From assembly GCA_024679065.1 (NCBI GenBank), contig JAGIQG010000027.1, forward strand, positions 4,588,001 through 4,652,000: a stretch of DNA of 64,000 nt. Reading direction: 5' to 3'. Each line of letters begins with the position of its first letter. Position 1 is the stretch's first letter. The notes below the pieces were generated by a model. That model made no database searches. It saw nothing but the letters and a program-made list of their open reading frames with translations, and was not told the DNA's origin. Positions 48,991-61,540 of the stretch are shown piece by piece. This DNA is from Sphyrna mokarran (taxonomy: Eukaryota). The position numbers and the translations under genes were made by a program.

Positions 48991-50357
48991 TCTGAATTCA
49001 TTTTCGACGGAAAAAAAGAAATACCAAGTAGTTTAAACACAAGAGTCTTTTATGAATAGGTACCAATGTTATTTGCACCATCCGAATTTGTTTCAAAGAA
49101 CCTTATTTCCGATAGTAATAAAACATTAAAATGACACAGAGACTCTCAGTCCTCCCCCACATGTAAAAAGACTTTATGGCTTTTTTTTAAAAAAAAGCCC
49201 CTTTTTATTGGTCTAGCTTTACGATCGTGTTGATCACTGTCATTCAAACCTTCCAAAAATCAGAAGAGGAATTTTATGTAATGTTACTGTGATCCAATAG
49301 CTTTGGCCCTTACAGCTGTGTTTTTTAAACATGCTTCCACTATCGTAGTTAAAAAGGAAACGTGGAGCCCTTTCAAAGGTGTCTTTTCATAAAAGATCAT
49401 CCTAGTGCTTTGTTTAACTCGCCGTAATAAAAATGTCGACATATCGGAAGTTTGGAAGATGAATATATTTACTGTCCCTATCTGCTCTGCATTTCAAAAG
49501 AATCTCGCTACAGATTGCTATCCTAACAGAGGATGCAAACATCAGCGGGATGGGGGAGGCCTTTTCCCCTCCTGTTTGTAGCTTGCCATAGGAGAAGTGA
49601 AACGCAGGCCTCAACCTTATTGTAGCAAAGGAGTCACGACAGCCAATGATAGTGATTTAAACAATTGAACATGCAAATACTGTGAAAATACTAAGTTTAC
49701 TTGCTGTATTAATATAAATATCAACATTCTTTATATATTTAGAAACACGGCGGCAATTAAGTGATTGCATTAATTTTGCACTACTGGTACTTAAATCACA
49801 TATTCTGACCATTTTTGCAAAGTTATTTTGTGATATTCGGTTTTAAGCACACTCATAAGCACACCTCTCTCAACATCGCCCCCAACCCTTCCATCTAATG
49901 AGGTTAGTTCAAGGCTAAACATGCCACCAAGTTACTCCTGCATCTTAGAATACTTTTCTGATTGCGTTAAATCACATACATACCCTCTCACACACACAAA
50001 AACCCTTTTGTCTTTCTTCCTCTACATTCTCAAATTATACATTACAAAACGCGCTGGTGGGCTTTGCAAAAAAATCGAACAGAGAGGTCGAAATTACCAA
50101 CTTCAACACAAACATATTCGTTCTCCTTTGTCTGTTCTTGCACTGATAACATCTAGTTAGAGTAAGGCTTTCCAGCAGCCCTCTTTTTTTCCCCATTCGA
50201 AATGCCTAGCAGCTTTTTAAGAAGTGGCCGAGAACCGGCCTGGTGAACATTTTGTTTTCTCCCTCAGTTTTCGTATTAATCTCATACACTGACAGTCTTT
50301 GTTAAACACCAAGGCGTGCCGTGCGTCCGAGTACATTTTAATATTTGTTAGACGCTT

Positions 50358-50374
50358 TGACCTGAGTTTCACCC
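50358..50374 (-). promoter_or_regulatory. HoxB4 upstream DR5 RARE (B4U)
   Basis: GGGTGA aactc AGGTCA, the group-4 5' RARE pattern, upstream of miR-10a. Confidence 0.85.
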
Positions 50375-53300
50375 CGCTCTTGGACTCTCCCCCTCTACAA
50401 GTTCTATAGTATGGATAGGTCTCTCAGTCATATTGAATTTTGCTCAGGTCATTACGTTTGAGAAAAATAGCAAGGCAGGAGTTTACCCAAAACAGCAGTA
50501 AAGATCTGGAAATTCTCTCAAGCATTGCATGTTCTATGATTCCATTAGCATCAAATATTTATTATACAAGTCACAGCTCTAGTCTTCTATTGGCAGATAC
50601 GTACCCAGATTCCAATTTGAATAACAAAAGTAATTAATAGATCTGTTTTCTTGTGCATGCTTAGTTGCATAATATGAAATGTTATCTTTTTCATAGTTGC
50701 ATATTTCCATGTATTATTACATTGGCTTAGTCAAAGAATAACATAAAGAGATAAGGCAACAGGCGAATAAAAAGCCCCAGCACATTTCATATTTTGTGCA
50801 TGTGTGTGTAACAGCGAATTGATTTAATTTGTTGAAGACGATTGTTTTAACACGTCAGAGGATTTTCTAATTAAAACTAAGGAGAATACCCTCAGTCGAC
50901 ACAACCCCCTCCGGGCAAATGTCAGCAAATTTGTTGATGAACTTATATTCAAACTTGCTCAAACTATATTTCATTTCATTCTCCATTTTCTCCTGATACA
51001 TTTTTTATCTATTACCAGATTAGTAGAATTGTGTCGGTACAGTGTTAAACACGGAGACATGCATTTATAAATATGTTCAAGTATTTTCCAATTCCAGCAT
51101 GTTATTTAATATACAAACTGGGAATTTCAATTTCATCGAGGAGTTTGGTGAATGTTACTTTTGAGTGAATATTTCGGTTACAATTGAGCAAATTGCAGGT
51201 TTATGACACTGATTCAATCAATTGTCGTTAGTTCGACGTTCTCGGTGAAATGCATTGTTTAAATCATACGTTTGTTGCCCATCATAATACAGTCATAGTT
51301 GGTAATAAATGATATAAACATCCCCATGGTGCTGTTATTGTTCGTGTTGATGATTACTTCCCCTCCCCCTCAAAAAAACCTTGTATATTATAGAAGCTAC
51401 AGTGGCCTAAAATAACGAATTTAAGGTATTGAATAAACAAGTATCAGAACATACATTTATAGAGAATACATACTAATACATGCGAACTTATGAACATATG
51501 ACTTCAGATGAATATGATCTTTTCGCCATTTCCGAGTATAGACAGCTTGTTTAGTGCCGAATTTAAAACCATGCAAAACAGTTCATATGCAAAAATAGTG
51601 TTTTGTACTCCATTTATATCAGCCAGTGGAAAGTAAATATATAATCCCTACTTTGCAACAGTGACCATATTTCGAACAGTGCTCAATTTGCTGTAAAAGC
51701 GCATTGGGAAGACCCGTGAATGTGAAAGATGCTATGGTATAGATTACAAGTAAGTTATATAAGACATAAACATAATCTAGTCATGATTTAAAAAAAACCC
51801 TTAAATTCCATTCGTTCTAATTTCAGTTAATTGAAAAGAATAAATACATCTCTGCTGTCTTTGTAAAAAATAAGAAAAAGTATGCCGTTACTTATTGATT
51901 TCATACTTACAATATTATGTTATATAAAAACATTTGTTCGATGTGAATGGCAGACAATGCAAGGTAACTAGAAGAGTATGCAGCCCCTAATTCTCCCTTC
52001 ACTCTCTATAAATGTGTGTGTTTGGAAATACTTCTGATAGCTTGCTACACAAAATGTTCATTCAAATGTAAGAGCTTGTATATTTACTTTGAACAGATTT
52101 ATTGCAGAACAACTATAGTGTAAACAGATTTAAAACGTGCTCGGTGCGCAGAACGACCGCAAAACCATTGCCTTGCAGACAGATTTAAATGTCTTACTTT
52201 GTTTAAATGATCGGACAAAGGCCTATGGTTTGCAATGCTTAAAAAAAGCTATTGGGTATAGTCAGCAACAAATACGCATTAATAATAATTTTAAAATGAC
52301 TAATGCCTACTTAATTTACAATATGTTTGACTTCTATGGCAAGAAATTAGATGGATCTTATTATTTTCTTCACTTTTTTAAAATGGAATCAAGATTCCCT
52401 CAATCTCTCTGAATGGCAAATTTCATTCTAGGTCTATGTGCAGGTAACTGGGCGAAATTTTTAAAAACAAATGCACGGAGAAATGAAAGAAATTAATCTT
52501 TTCTGTTTAAGAATATGCAAAATAATTTTCGTGTGTTACTGTTTTTCATGCCTGACCTTGCTTTATGTGATACTTCAAACCCCAGCAATTAATCAATTAA
52601 TTCCAAAACCTCTGTCTCTACTTTTTGAACTCCCTTCTGCTTTCTTTCTGTATTTACACCTGTACATGCCAAATCGTGTGTGTTTGAAAATCTGATGATT
52701 GTACATGAACTCCAATTTTACGCGCTATTTTCAAATTAACTTGTATAATGTATTTTTGACTTATCATATATCCTCTTGTCCTGAAAAATCAACAGATATT
52801 TACTATTAATCCTTTTTCGTCATGTCACCCATTATAAATCAACCGTTTTTATATCCATGCAATTTGACTCTCAAATGATTTTAAAAGCTGATTACATCTG
52901 GCGGGAATTATTTGTCTTGTCTATTTGTGTTTTCAAAGTCTCTTATAACCTATGCCGCAGCTACTTCCGTCATGGATCTTGTGATTTCTATTTATTGTGC
53001 AGTGTCCTATAAAAGGGATCAATTAATCCTCTCCCTTTTTTCAAAGATCGTGATCAGGATAGTTAGCTGTAACCCCCACCCCCACTCCCACTTCTCTGTC
53101 TTTCTCCGTCCCCCTCGTCTTATTTTACCTACTTTGTAGATTGTTGTTCATTGCTAAACTCTACTTCCACTTCCACATCACTCCTCGGTATCATTTTCTC
53201 ATCTGTGCCGATAGCCAAGATCATCCCTTTTACCATTGACATCGAACTGGGTCTATCTATGCAGACAACACCAAGTCACGCACGACGTAAACTTTTGACC

Positions 53301-56300
53301 CTCCACTTTTTGACCCCTTAGCTATAATGCTGTACTAACAAGCCCCCATGAACAGTTTCAACATCGCAATCCTCAGACAGTATTGCTGTACAGTTTTGTT
53401 TTCCCCCCACGAGTCTCGACTTTACTTTAACTTCAGTGTTGCTTCATTTAAGACATATAAGCTAGAAATCGAAAGGTTTTATTGAGATACTGGAAGTTTT
53501 TGAAAGTTAGGTTTGAACTCTTCAAAAATATATTCTTTTTCTTACCGGCATTGTTTGAATGAATTTATATCACTATTCGTCAAGAAAAATGTACAAACTG
53601 AAAGGGTGAGTTTTGAAGAGACAAATGACTATAGCACTTAGAAACTGTAGATAGTGCATAAGTAGAACATTTTGGGGAGATATCAAACAGACTGCTCCGA
53701 CTCTGTTCCACCAGATTAACTGCAATGGAAAGGCTGGTAAGCGTTGTGGCAGAAAGGAGACTATAATGACTATGAACTTGGTCTGAAGCGGGCTCTGGTG
53801 GCGGATCCGACACGTTACATGTGTAAAATAACTCCCCTGGTTCTGTTTCAAATTCTACTTATAAATCCGATTTTGATTGCGGAAAGATATCTTAAGTTGT
53901 TAGTAGCAAGTTTTTTTCGAAACCTTTGTCAGTTTTTTCTATTCTCTGCGTTCCGTGTCACGTTACACTGGCAGTAATCATGACTCGTTTAATAAAAGCG
54001 GAGTATATTTAATATAGGGAAGCAGCTCATCAGAATAATCCCTCAAGAGATGAAGCATTAACAAAGGTTTTATATTGTCTTTGTCATCAGATTGTGTAAT
54101 AATTTTAGAATCTTAAATGCAATGCAAAATTAAATTAAACCAAGTTCAATTCAATTCAATTAAATCGTAGTTTTGTTCTTTAAACGCTGTATAACGAATA
54201 CTGGATAAAATAGTTCAGTATATTGGTAGCATTTTCTTGAAACTAAATGAATAAGGTTTTCTATTGCAAAATGTCTCGTTCAGTTGCACAGCAAATGTCA
54301 GGCGTCAACCTTGTTTCATGTAATCATGGATTAGAAATCTGCAAGGCCTGTAGACGATAATAAAACAAAGTCTTTTCTACAGTATGAGGAATGTTATGTT
54401 GCTTGATACCAATTATATTTTGGTTTATAGTTTTTTCTTACATTTAACTATTTATTAAATGAAGTAGACGTATCGAAAATAATAGTTATATGTAATTTAA
54501 GATCTCACCTTATGCCCGTGTTGCATATAATTAGACTATGATATGTATGCTGGCCTCGCTTAGGTCGCACGTTCTGGAACAGGGTGCCGGTTTATGGCCT
54601 AAAGTGTTCCCAGTTACTGCCGGTTGAAACCACGGGGAAGAGTTAATGATAACGTATGAGATATGAATGCTTTTATCTATGTGTCTGCAACTAGATGTTT
54701 AATATGGCGATATAATCATCTGACACCTTTATGACTCCTTCGCGCGTTTGTGTGACTGTCTTTTGTTCACGTTTCCCCCTAAATTACAACCTTAACCCAG
54801 TCCTCCTATCCATCTAGTGACTATAAGCGCACCATATGCACATCACTTAAAAACCTTAAGGAAAATACATCACCTTTAGACTGTGCATTTAACCTGATAG
54901 GGATGATTATCGATCCTGTACGTTTCTGTGAAACAGATAATTCGCTTCTGATAGTATCAAGAGCAGATACATCTGTGTTAGAAGGGAAAAGAAACAACAC
55001 CACTTTCCCTGAAACCAAATTAAGCAATGTTGCAATTCACTATCGATTCACACCATAAACGTCGATTTACGAAGAGGAAGGGAAGCCCGGTAACTTTAAA
55101 TAGATTGGGAATGAGTGGGAATGGTTATTTGTGCTTTAGAATTAATTATGAAGTATTTATAATGCCTTTCTCCCTAGTTCAGTTAGCTGCAATTGGAACG
55201 CATTCAGTATTTTTCTCTAACAGGGTAAATTCAGTCTTCAAACATATTTGATGCTATTTAACATTCTTACACTCAATTGTAACATTCTTGGCCAGGTTTA
55301 ATATTTTTAAAAACGTATCAGTGTCTACCAAGAGCCTATATATATATTTGTCTTTTTCTAAAATTATTTATACTCTTTCAGTTTCTTACTTACACTAATT
55401 ATAAACTATTATTTCAAAGTATTTCCTCAGCATCCTGTCTTTAAATCAGGTTGAGGAATCTAATTGAAGGGCCAAATGTAGGACACCGCCAAGGTTGAAA
55501 AGAATGGTGGTGTAGGAAGTGGATTTGAAAGTGACAGATTATTTTGCTTCTGAGCAAAACAATGCGATATTGCAAAAAAAGGGCTTATCTCAAACTCAAA
55601 ACCGTGACCCATTTTCACTGTTATACGCACACGAATAAAATATGTATTCAGGAATTTGAAAAAAAAATAGCATTAATTGTTTCTCTCTCACCTTTTACAA
55701 CAGAACATTGAAGAAAATCATTCAGTTCCACTGAACACTGAATAAAATGAGAAATGAAATGCAAGACCACATGTACTTCCTCCATCAGGGATGTGTTTTC
55801 CTGTTTACCCTTTGGATTTCCTCAGCTATCAGCGCGGAAAGGCAATAAAAAAAAGATGACAGAAACACTTCGACTTTCTGAGAGAAAAAAACTTTGACTC
55901 CTAACATTGATTTAAAAAGCTCCCTCCCCCGCCCCTCAAACTTCAGACCGGAAGCGGCGAGAATTAAAAACTTGACGGATTCGAGGACTATGTCACAACA
56001 ATGATTATCAACGGGTGAGAAACTTGACATTTACTGATGAGAAATGTCAAAGTATAATTTTCCTCTTGTGTATCTACATTTCTCCTTAGACTAGTTTGTG
56101 ATCGCACGTAATCTTTACAATGAACCTCAGAATATGCAGACAATTGTTAGATTAGCATGACAGGAAGTCCATTACAGTAAGGGTGCTACTTTTGTCAAAG
56201 AACTGTAACATATAGTAAGTGCAGTATCTAAATAAAACCTAACTAAATTATAAAATGTTAGTCCATACTTGCTTCGGATAATTATTTGCTGTAGGATCAA

Positions 56301-58074
56301 AAGGTATCTGTTTGTGATAAGAATCTCTTTAGCCTAACAAATTGATATAGCACCTATTCCCCTGTTTCTCACTTCAACTTGAAACCCCAAAGGAAACATT
56401 TTCGTATAAAAGTCTGCACAACGTTCAATTAGTCGTACTTAAGAGTCACATTTTAAAATGATGACATTTATAGAGGCTAAAAGTCTGTAATTCAAAACTG
56501 ACAGCACTGCAAAAGTTAAAGCTATAATTTAGAAGTCGTGATTGGATCTCTAGTATGAGTCCAGAACTGTTGCGGACAGAATGGCGCATTTAATAGTTTG
56601 GAAATATTTTACTAGTCATCAAATTTTACAATTGGCGATGGGTGTTTCTGGACATTTTGGACATTTAAGCCTTCTAGCGCATATTAACATTTCTGCTGTT
56701 ACCTTGCTCGCCTTGAAGACATAGTGAGTACTAAAATAGCTCAGAGATTCGGCACCCCAGCCTAACTCAAACCTACTGATGGAAAGTTGAAAACAAGTTT
56801 GCGAGACACTGAAGGTGAGTTAGTGGAGGAGGGGCGGGGCAGTAGTTTAATCATAAAAAGTCATTATGGGTCAATCTGAGATTAGATTCCATCATAACAT
56901 GGCTGCTTTTAAGTAGAGCCCTCTTTGACTTTAATCTTTACAAAGTTTTATAATATGATACAAGCATTGTTTTTGGATGTACCTTCCTTTAGACATTAAA
57001 GCAATGACGATACATTTGACGTTTATTTAAAAAGATATATAATGATTAATTTTCCGGCATTCAATTAGTGGGGGGAGGGGGTTGCACTTGGAACATTAAT
57101 AAGCCAGTTAGTGCTTTAAAAAATACGAAGGTGTCCTTGAGTACACAGGGCCTTCCTCAAAAGACCGATTTCCTTTTTAAACAATATATGTGAATGTACT
57201 ACAAAAGATTACACTAATCCACACGTGACAATGCTAAACTGCCCGTTTTCCAGAAGAATGATGTTCCAGGAAATTACAAAAACGTTGTTGATATTTTGAA
57301 AATAAAACGCAGTTAGGGCAGAAACGAGGAAACTGCATCCAGGTTGAGTTAGGTTTTGTAAATGGACTATTAACAAGAGTAAACTTTACACTGGATCAAC
57401 AACTAACACTACAAAGATGTCTGAGCATTCCTACCCCCATCCTTGCTCACAGACAAAATTTTCAAATTCATATTTATCTTAATCTTTGCTTCAAAGTAAA
57501 GATTAACAAATCAAGTTCTAAAATCAAAGCATACTTTTGTAATTGCATCAAGTACACGGAAAAAACGAATTCTCAACTATGTAATATAGAAAAAGAAACT
57601 CAATATAAATATAATTAAACATCACAAGCATATAAGTCTATTTAAGTAAAATAATCGGCCACGAGGAATGAGGCCTATTAATCCATCCACCATATCTTAC
57701 GTCTTTTCACAACTTGGGCCCATTGCATTGATTAAAGGATGGAAAAATATATTTGTAAAAGCTATAATCTTTCCACTACAGTCAATTAAACATTTTTAAA
57801 GTTTTGTTTTATTTTGGAAGCTTCTCTGCGCCCTATTGCCAGGAGCCAACGCGTCGTGGTTTATAGTTCGACGTAACTTACCTTCGGCTGTACAGTTCCA
57901 TGTGATTTTAACTGTAGTCAGTAAAGGTTTTAGACTCTATAGGTCTGTGGAGAGAGTCTTGCTCTATTCCTCTGGAAGGCTAGTATTATACGCTTACAGT
58001 CTCTGCAAACCCAGTCAGATAAAGTTCAGCGTCACTAGCATTACACAGAATGTGAAATATATTGTACCTTGTCA

Positions 58075-58215
58075 ACTCCCCAGAACCATAAAACTAACTT
58101 TAACGACCCCACGTGACTTTTGAGAGCCAGTAGGGGTATCTGCCTGCGGTATGGGCGATTTTTACGATCTAACTTTGAGATAAATACCCAATTCATTTGA
58201 CATCGCAATGTCATA
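58075..58215. promoter_or_regulatory. Candidate highly conserved non-coding element 3' of HoxB5
   Basis: CCATAAAACTAACTTTAACGACCCCACGTGAC...GGGCGATTTTTACGATCTAACTTT: Cdx/posterior-Hox motifs plus an E-box; resembles mammalian HoxB4-B5 intergenic sequence (from recall). Confidence 0.6.
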
Positions 58216-59693
58216 CCGACTTCTTGTATATGTAGTTTGTTATATTCACAAGGGAGCAGGCACTTTGCAGGATAGACCTAATATTTGCTGTGTGACTTAT
58301 CAGCTACCGATAAGTACTGGGACGTTCATTTGGTAAGTTGAGTTTAAACTAAACTAAAGGTTACCTGTTGCACAAAAAGGAAACCCGATTTACAAAAGGA
58401 ACGCGTATAATTTGTCATGTAGAAACAGTACACCTTGTTACTGTACAAGCCTCTTGGGACATGGCGCAGAAATCAAGTCCGAGATACCCTATTTCTTTCG
58501 AAAATACATGACAGCAGCGAACAGAAAACAACCCTGTTGAAGTGTTTATCTAGAAAATGACGGGTTCAGTCAGATCCAGATGCAAGAAGTCAACTCACAT
58601 AAATACTGACTTTAAATATAAACGAGCTACTCAGCCGCGCACGCAAAACAGTAAGCCTTAGATAAGATTTAGGATTCAACATGAACGCTAAACTAATAGA
58701 GCCAGGTATGGTTACCTGATAATAATACCTTATAGACGTGGTTACAAGTGATAAAACGAGAAGTAATCAAAGATGTTAATGAAAATTCATTATGTGTGTC
58801 GTTAATATGCTTTACAAAACACACGACATGAAGTTGTTATCAAAAACACGTAACGATATTCAAATGTTTTCTAATATTTATTATACGAGATACCAACAAT
58901 AGGTATTCCCCAGATGCAATAGACCGCATTACACGGGGTAATAAGATACCAACCTATTTACTGTCAACATATTACACTTCAGAGATAAGGGATGATTATC
59001 AGAAACTTTTTACTTTATTTCGAATTAAGCTACAAACAAATACAAAAAGCTTGTTGGCAGCAAACTGTAGGAGCTAAGCACAGTTGTCATTCACTTCCAC
59101 AGAAAATATGCCATTTATCACTCTGCCCATTAAAGACTAGCTATAGGCAACATTATAAACTTTTTTTATTATTTACAACCATTATAACTCACTAAATAAT
59201 CGTGTACAATCATCGCTGATTTCAGAAACTATCCACATGTATTACCAAAGATTAGAATTCTACATGGAATTTCGACATATAGACGTTGCTTAAAATCACG
59301 GACAGCATTCAGGACAGGAACTCACAAGAATGTGGTTATATTTTTCCAGAGGTGATAGTGCAAGGGCAAAAATTTCAGTTTTCCATCAGCGTGTAGGAGG
59401 GAAAGAAGATCAAATTGTACAACTTGTGTCAATTATAAATAAGTTATACCATTTACAGTTCACAAAAACCATGCTACTTTTTCAAGACAGCACCAACAGT
59501 TCACTGACACAGACATACTTAAGACAGCAACAAGCATTTAACAGCGGAAAGACAACACAGGTTAAAAGAAAAAAATGTTAGCAGTACCACAGGAAAGTTT
59601 AATTCATCTTAAATATTTAACAACACGCGGAGAAAAAGGTGCCTCGCTGTACAGTACTGGTGCACGGTGTCTGTTATTTTTATATTTGATTTG

Positions 59694-59944
59694 TTAGGGT
59701 TGAAAGGCGCTTGCTCCGGCCGTCATACTCATGCTTTTCAGCTTGTTGTCCTTTTTCCATTTCATTCGCCGGTTCTGGAACCAAATCTTGATCTGCCGTT
59801 CTGAGAGACACAGAGCGTGGGCAATCTCTATCCTCCGCCGTCGGGTTAGATATCTGTTGAAGTGGAACTCTTTTTCCAACTCCAACGTCTGAAAACGTGT
59901 ATAAGCAGTCCTGGCTCTTTTCCCGTCGGGTCCACCCATACCAT
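59694..59944 (-). CDS. HOXB5: Homeobox protein Hox-B5, exon 2
   Basis: [79 protein letters not shown]; GPDGK and AFQP are B5-type. Acceptor tagcag, phase 1. Confidence 0.96.
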
Positions 59945-60194
59945 CTGCTAATAAATATAGGAAGGGTTTTTTTTAAAAAAATCCAAGCTGAATTGTCTAT
60001 TTCCTTGAAAAAATCATTTGAAAATAAAATTTACACTAGGAAAGTTGGAAGATGATCTCCCTCACGGCCTCTCCGGACATGAATATCAAAATGAAAGTAT
60101 ATTGTCCCAATCTGAATTGCTATTAATTATCATTTTCCTTTTCATTGTCTGACTATGTAACCTGTGCCTTGACGGCTGCTCTTCTAATTATCTA

Positions 60195-60270
60195 CACACA
60201 GACACACGCAGATACACACGCTTTCTCACACACACATATCAGATATGAGCAGTCACACACACGCACATAT
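60195..60270. repeat. Degenerate (CA)n tract in the HoxB5 intron
   Basis: Interrupted acacac runs seen directly. Confidence 0.6.
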
Positions 60271-60702
60271 ACATGTTCATACATTTTTAAAAAAAATCTG
60301 TAATTGCAAACAGATCCATGGAAAATGGGTCACGGCAATGCTGACTGTCAATGGTTGCTGCACAGTTCTCTTTGTTATTATGTTGATCCGTGCAGCACAA
60401 TTCTCAGCTTTCGATACACTAGGATCCCATATAATATATAATATTTGCAATTTATCCGCATTAAATATAAATATTTTAATATTTACTGAATTATGTTAGT
60501 CGAATTCCGCATTATTTTTACACACATTATAACATTGTTGTTTAATGATTTAAATTAAATTTACGGAAAAATGTTTAGTTTCTGTAGAGCAAAGAATCAC
60601 ATTGTTCATATTTTGTGTCACCTAGATTGCACAATAGGACACGATGAATTATTACCTGACCACAGAGCAATATTTAGAGTGATAAACAAAATTAAAGTGT
60701 AC

Positions 60703-61237
60703 CATGGCCAATGTGCAGTTTTCTCATCCAAGGAAATATTTGTGGCTGCTGTTCTGGTGTTGTTGCTTGTGCTGGTTCTTGCTGTGTCCTGGGATGGTTG
60801 TTGTTGTTGGTTGGAGTGCCCTCTTCGGCATCCGAGGATGCTCCGGCCTCGTCCATTTCTGTAAAATTACTTGCTGAACTAGAGGAGGTAGTCGGGTCGG
60901 ATGGGGAACCCTTGACTCCGTGACTGTCCTTGCCGGAACAAGGAAGGGGTTCTGGAGATGAGAGGGTGCAGCTCGCTGCTTGCCTGAACCTGGTTTCTGT
61001 AGCTGGAGGATAGCTTCTGGACTTTTCTGTATTAACCACTCCAAAGTGGTTAGAGGAAGCTGAACGGGTGATGCTAAGGTCCATACCATTGTAGTTGTAG
61101 CCGTAAGTGCCTGAATGCATGGTGCCTGAATCCCTGTATGGTCCGTTCTCGGAGCTGCTCGTCCCATAATTAAGTAACTGATAATCCGGGCCATTTTGAT
61201 AGCGACCGGAGAATGAGTTTACAAAGTAAGAGCTCAT
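60703..61237 (-). CDS. HOXB5: Homeobox protein Hox-B5, exon 1
   Basis: MSSYFVNSFSGRYQNGPDYQLLNYG...YGYNYNGMDLS...PQIFPWMRKLHI; donor G|GTACAC at 60702. Confidence 0.96.
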
Positions 61238-61284
61238 TTGGGTTTTTTTGGGTTGATTTGTGGTTGTTAGTCGTTATAACCCAG

Positions 61285-61470
61285 TCCTGCACGATTTATG
61301 ATATATTAATGAATTATAGAAATGACTGTACTTCGTTCGCTTCTATGTATGCGGCCAAATATGGGGGGTGCGAGTCGGAATCACGTGCTTTTGTTGACCA
61401 GTCGTAAATTCTCACTGATGACCTCAAGGGGTAATTCATGCTCTATGGTTACAAATAATGACGATCCGAG
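61285..61470 (-). promoter_or_regulatory. Conserved group-5 promoter/leader block
   Basis: CGATTTATGA, TATTAATGAATTATAG, TCACGTG (61381-61387), GTCGTAAATT and ACAAATAATG motifs typical of Hox5 upstream regions. Confidence 0.7.
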
Positions 61471-61522
61471 AATCGTTACGCCATGTGAATGCGAGGTTTC
61501 AAATGGTGGCCAGGTTTGCAGA

Positions 61523-61540
61523 GTGCGCCACCTACTGGGC
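61523..61540 (-). promoter_or_regulatory. CTCF consensus site between HoxB5 and HoxB6
   Basis: Minus strand CCAGTAGGTGGCGC fully matches CCASYAGRKGGCRS. Confidence 0.72.

Noticed and set aside
49178-49199. Perfect palindrome GGC-T8-A8-GCC (similar ones near 33906 and 59965)
   Set aside because: Low-complexity T-run/A-run junctions are common in AT-rich DNA; not a bacterial-type terminator in this context
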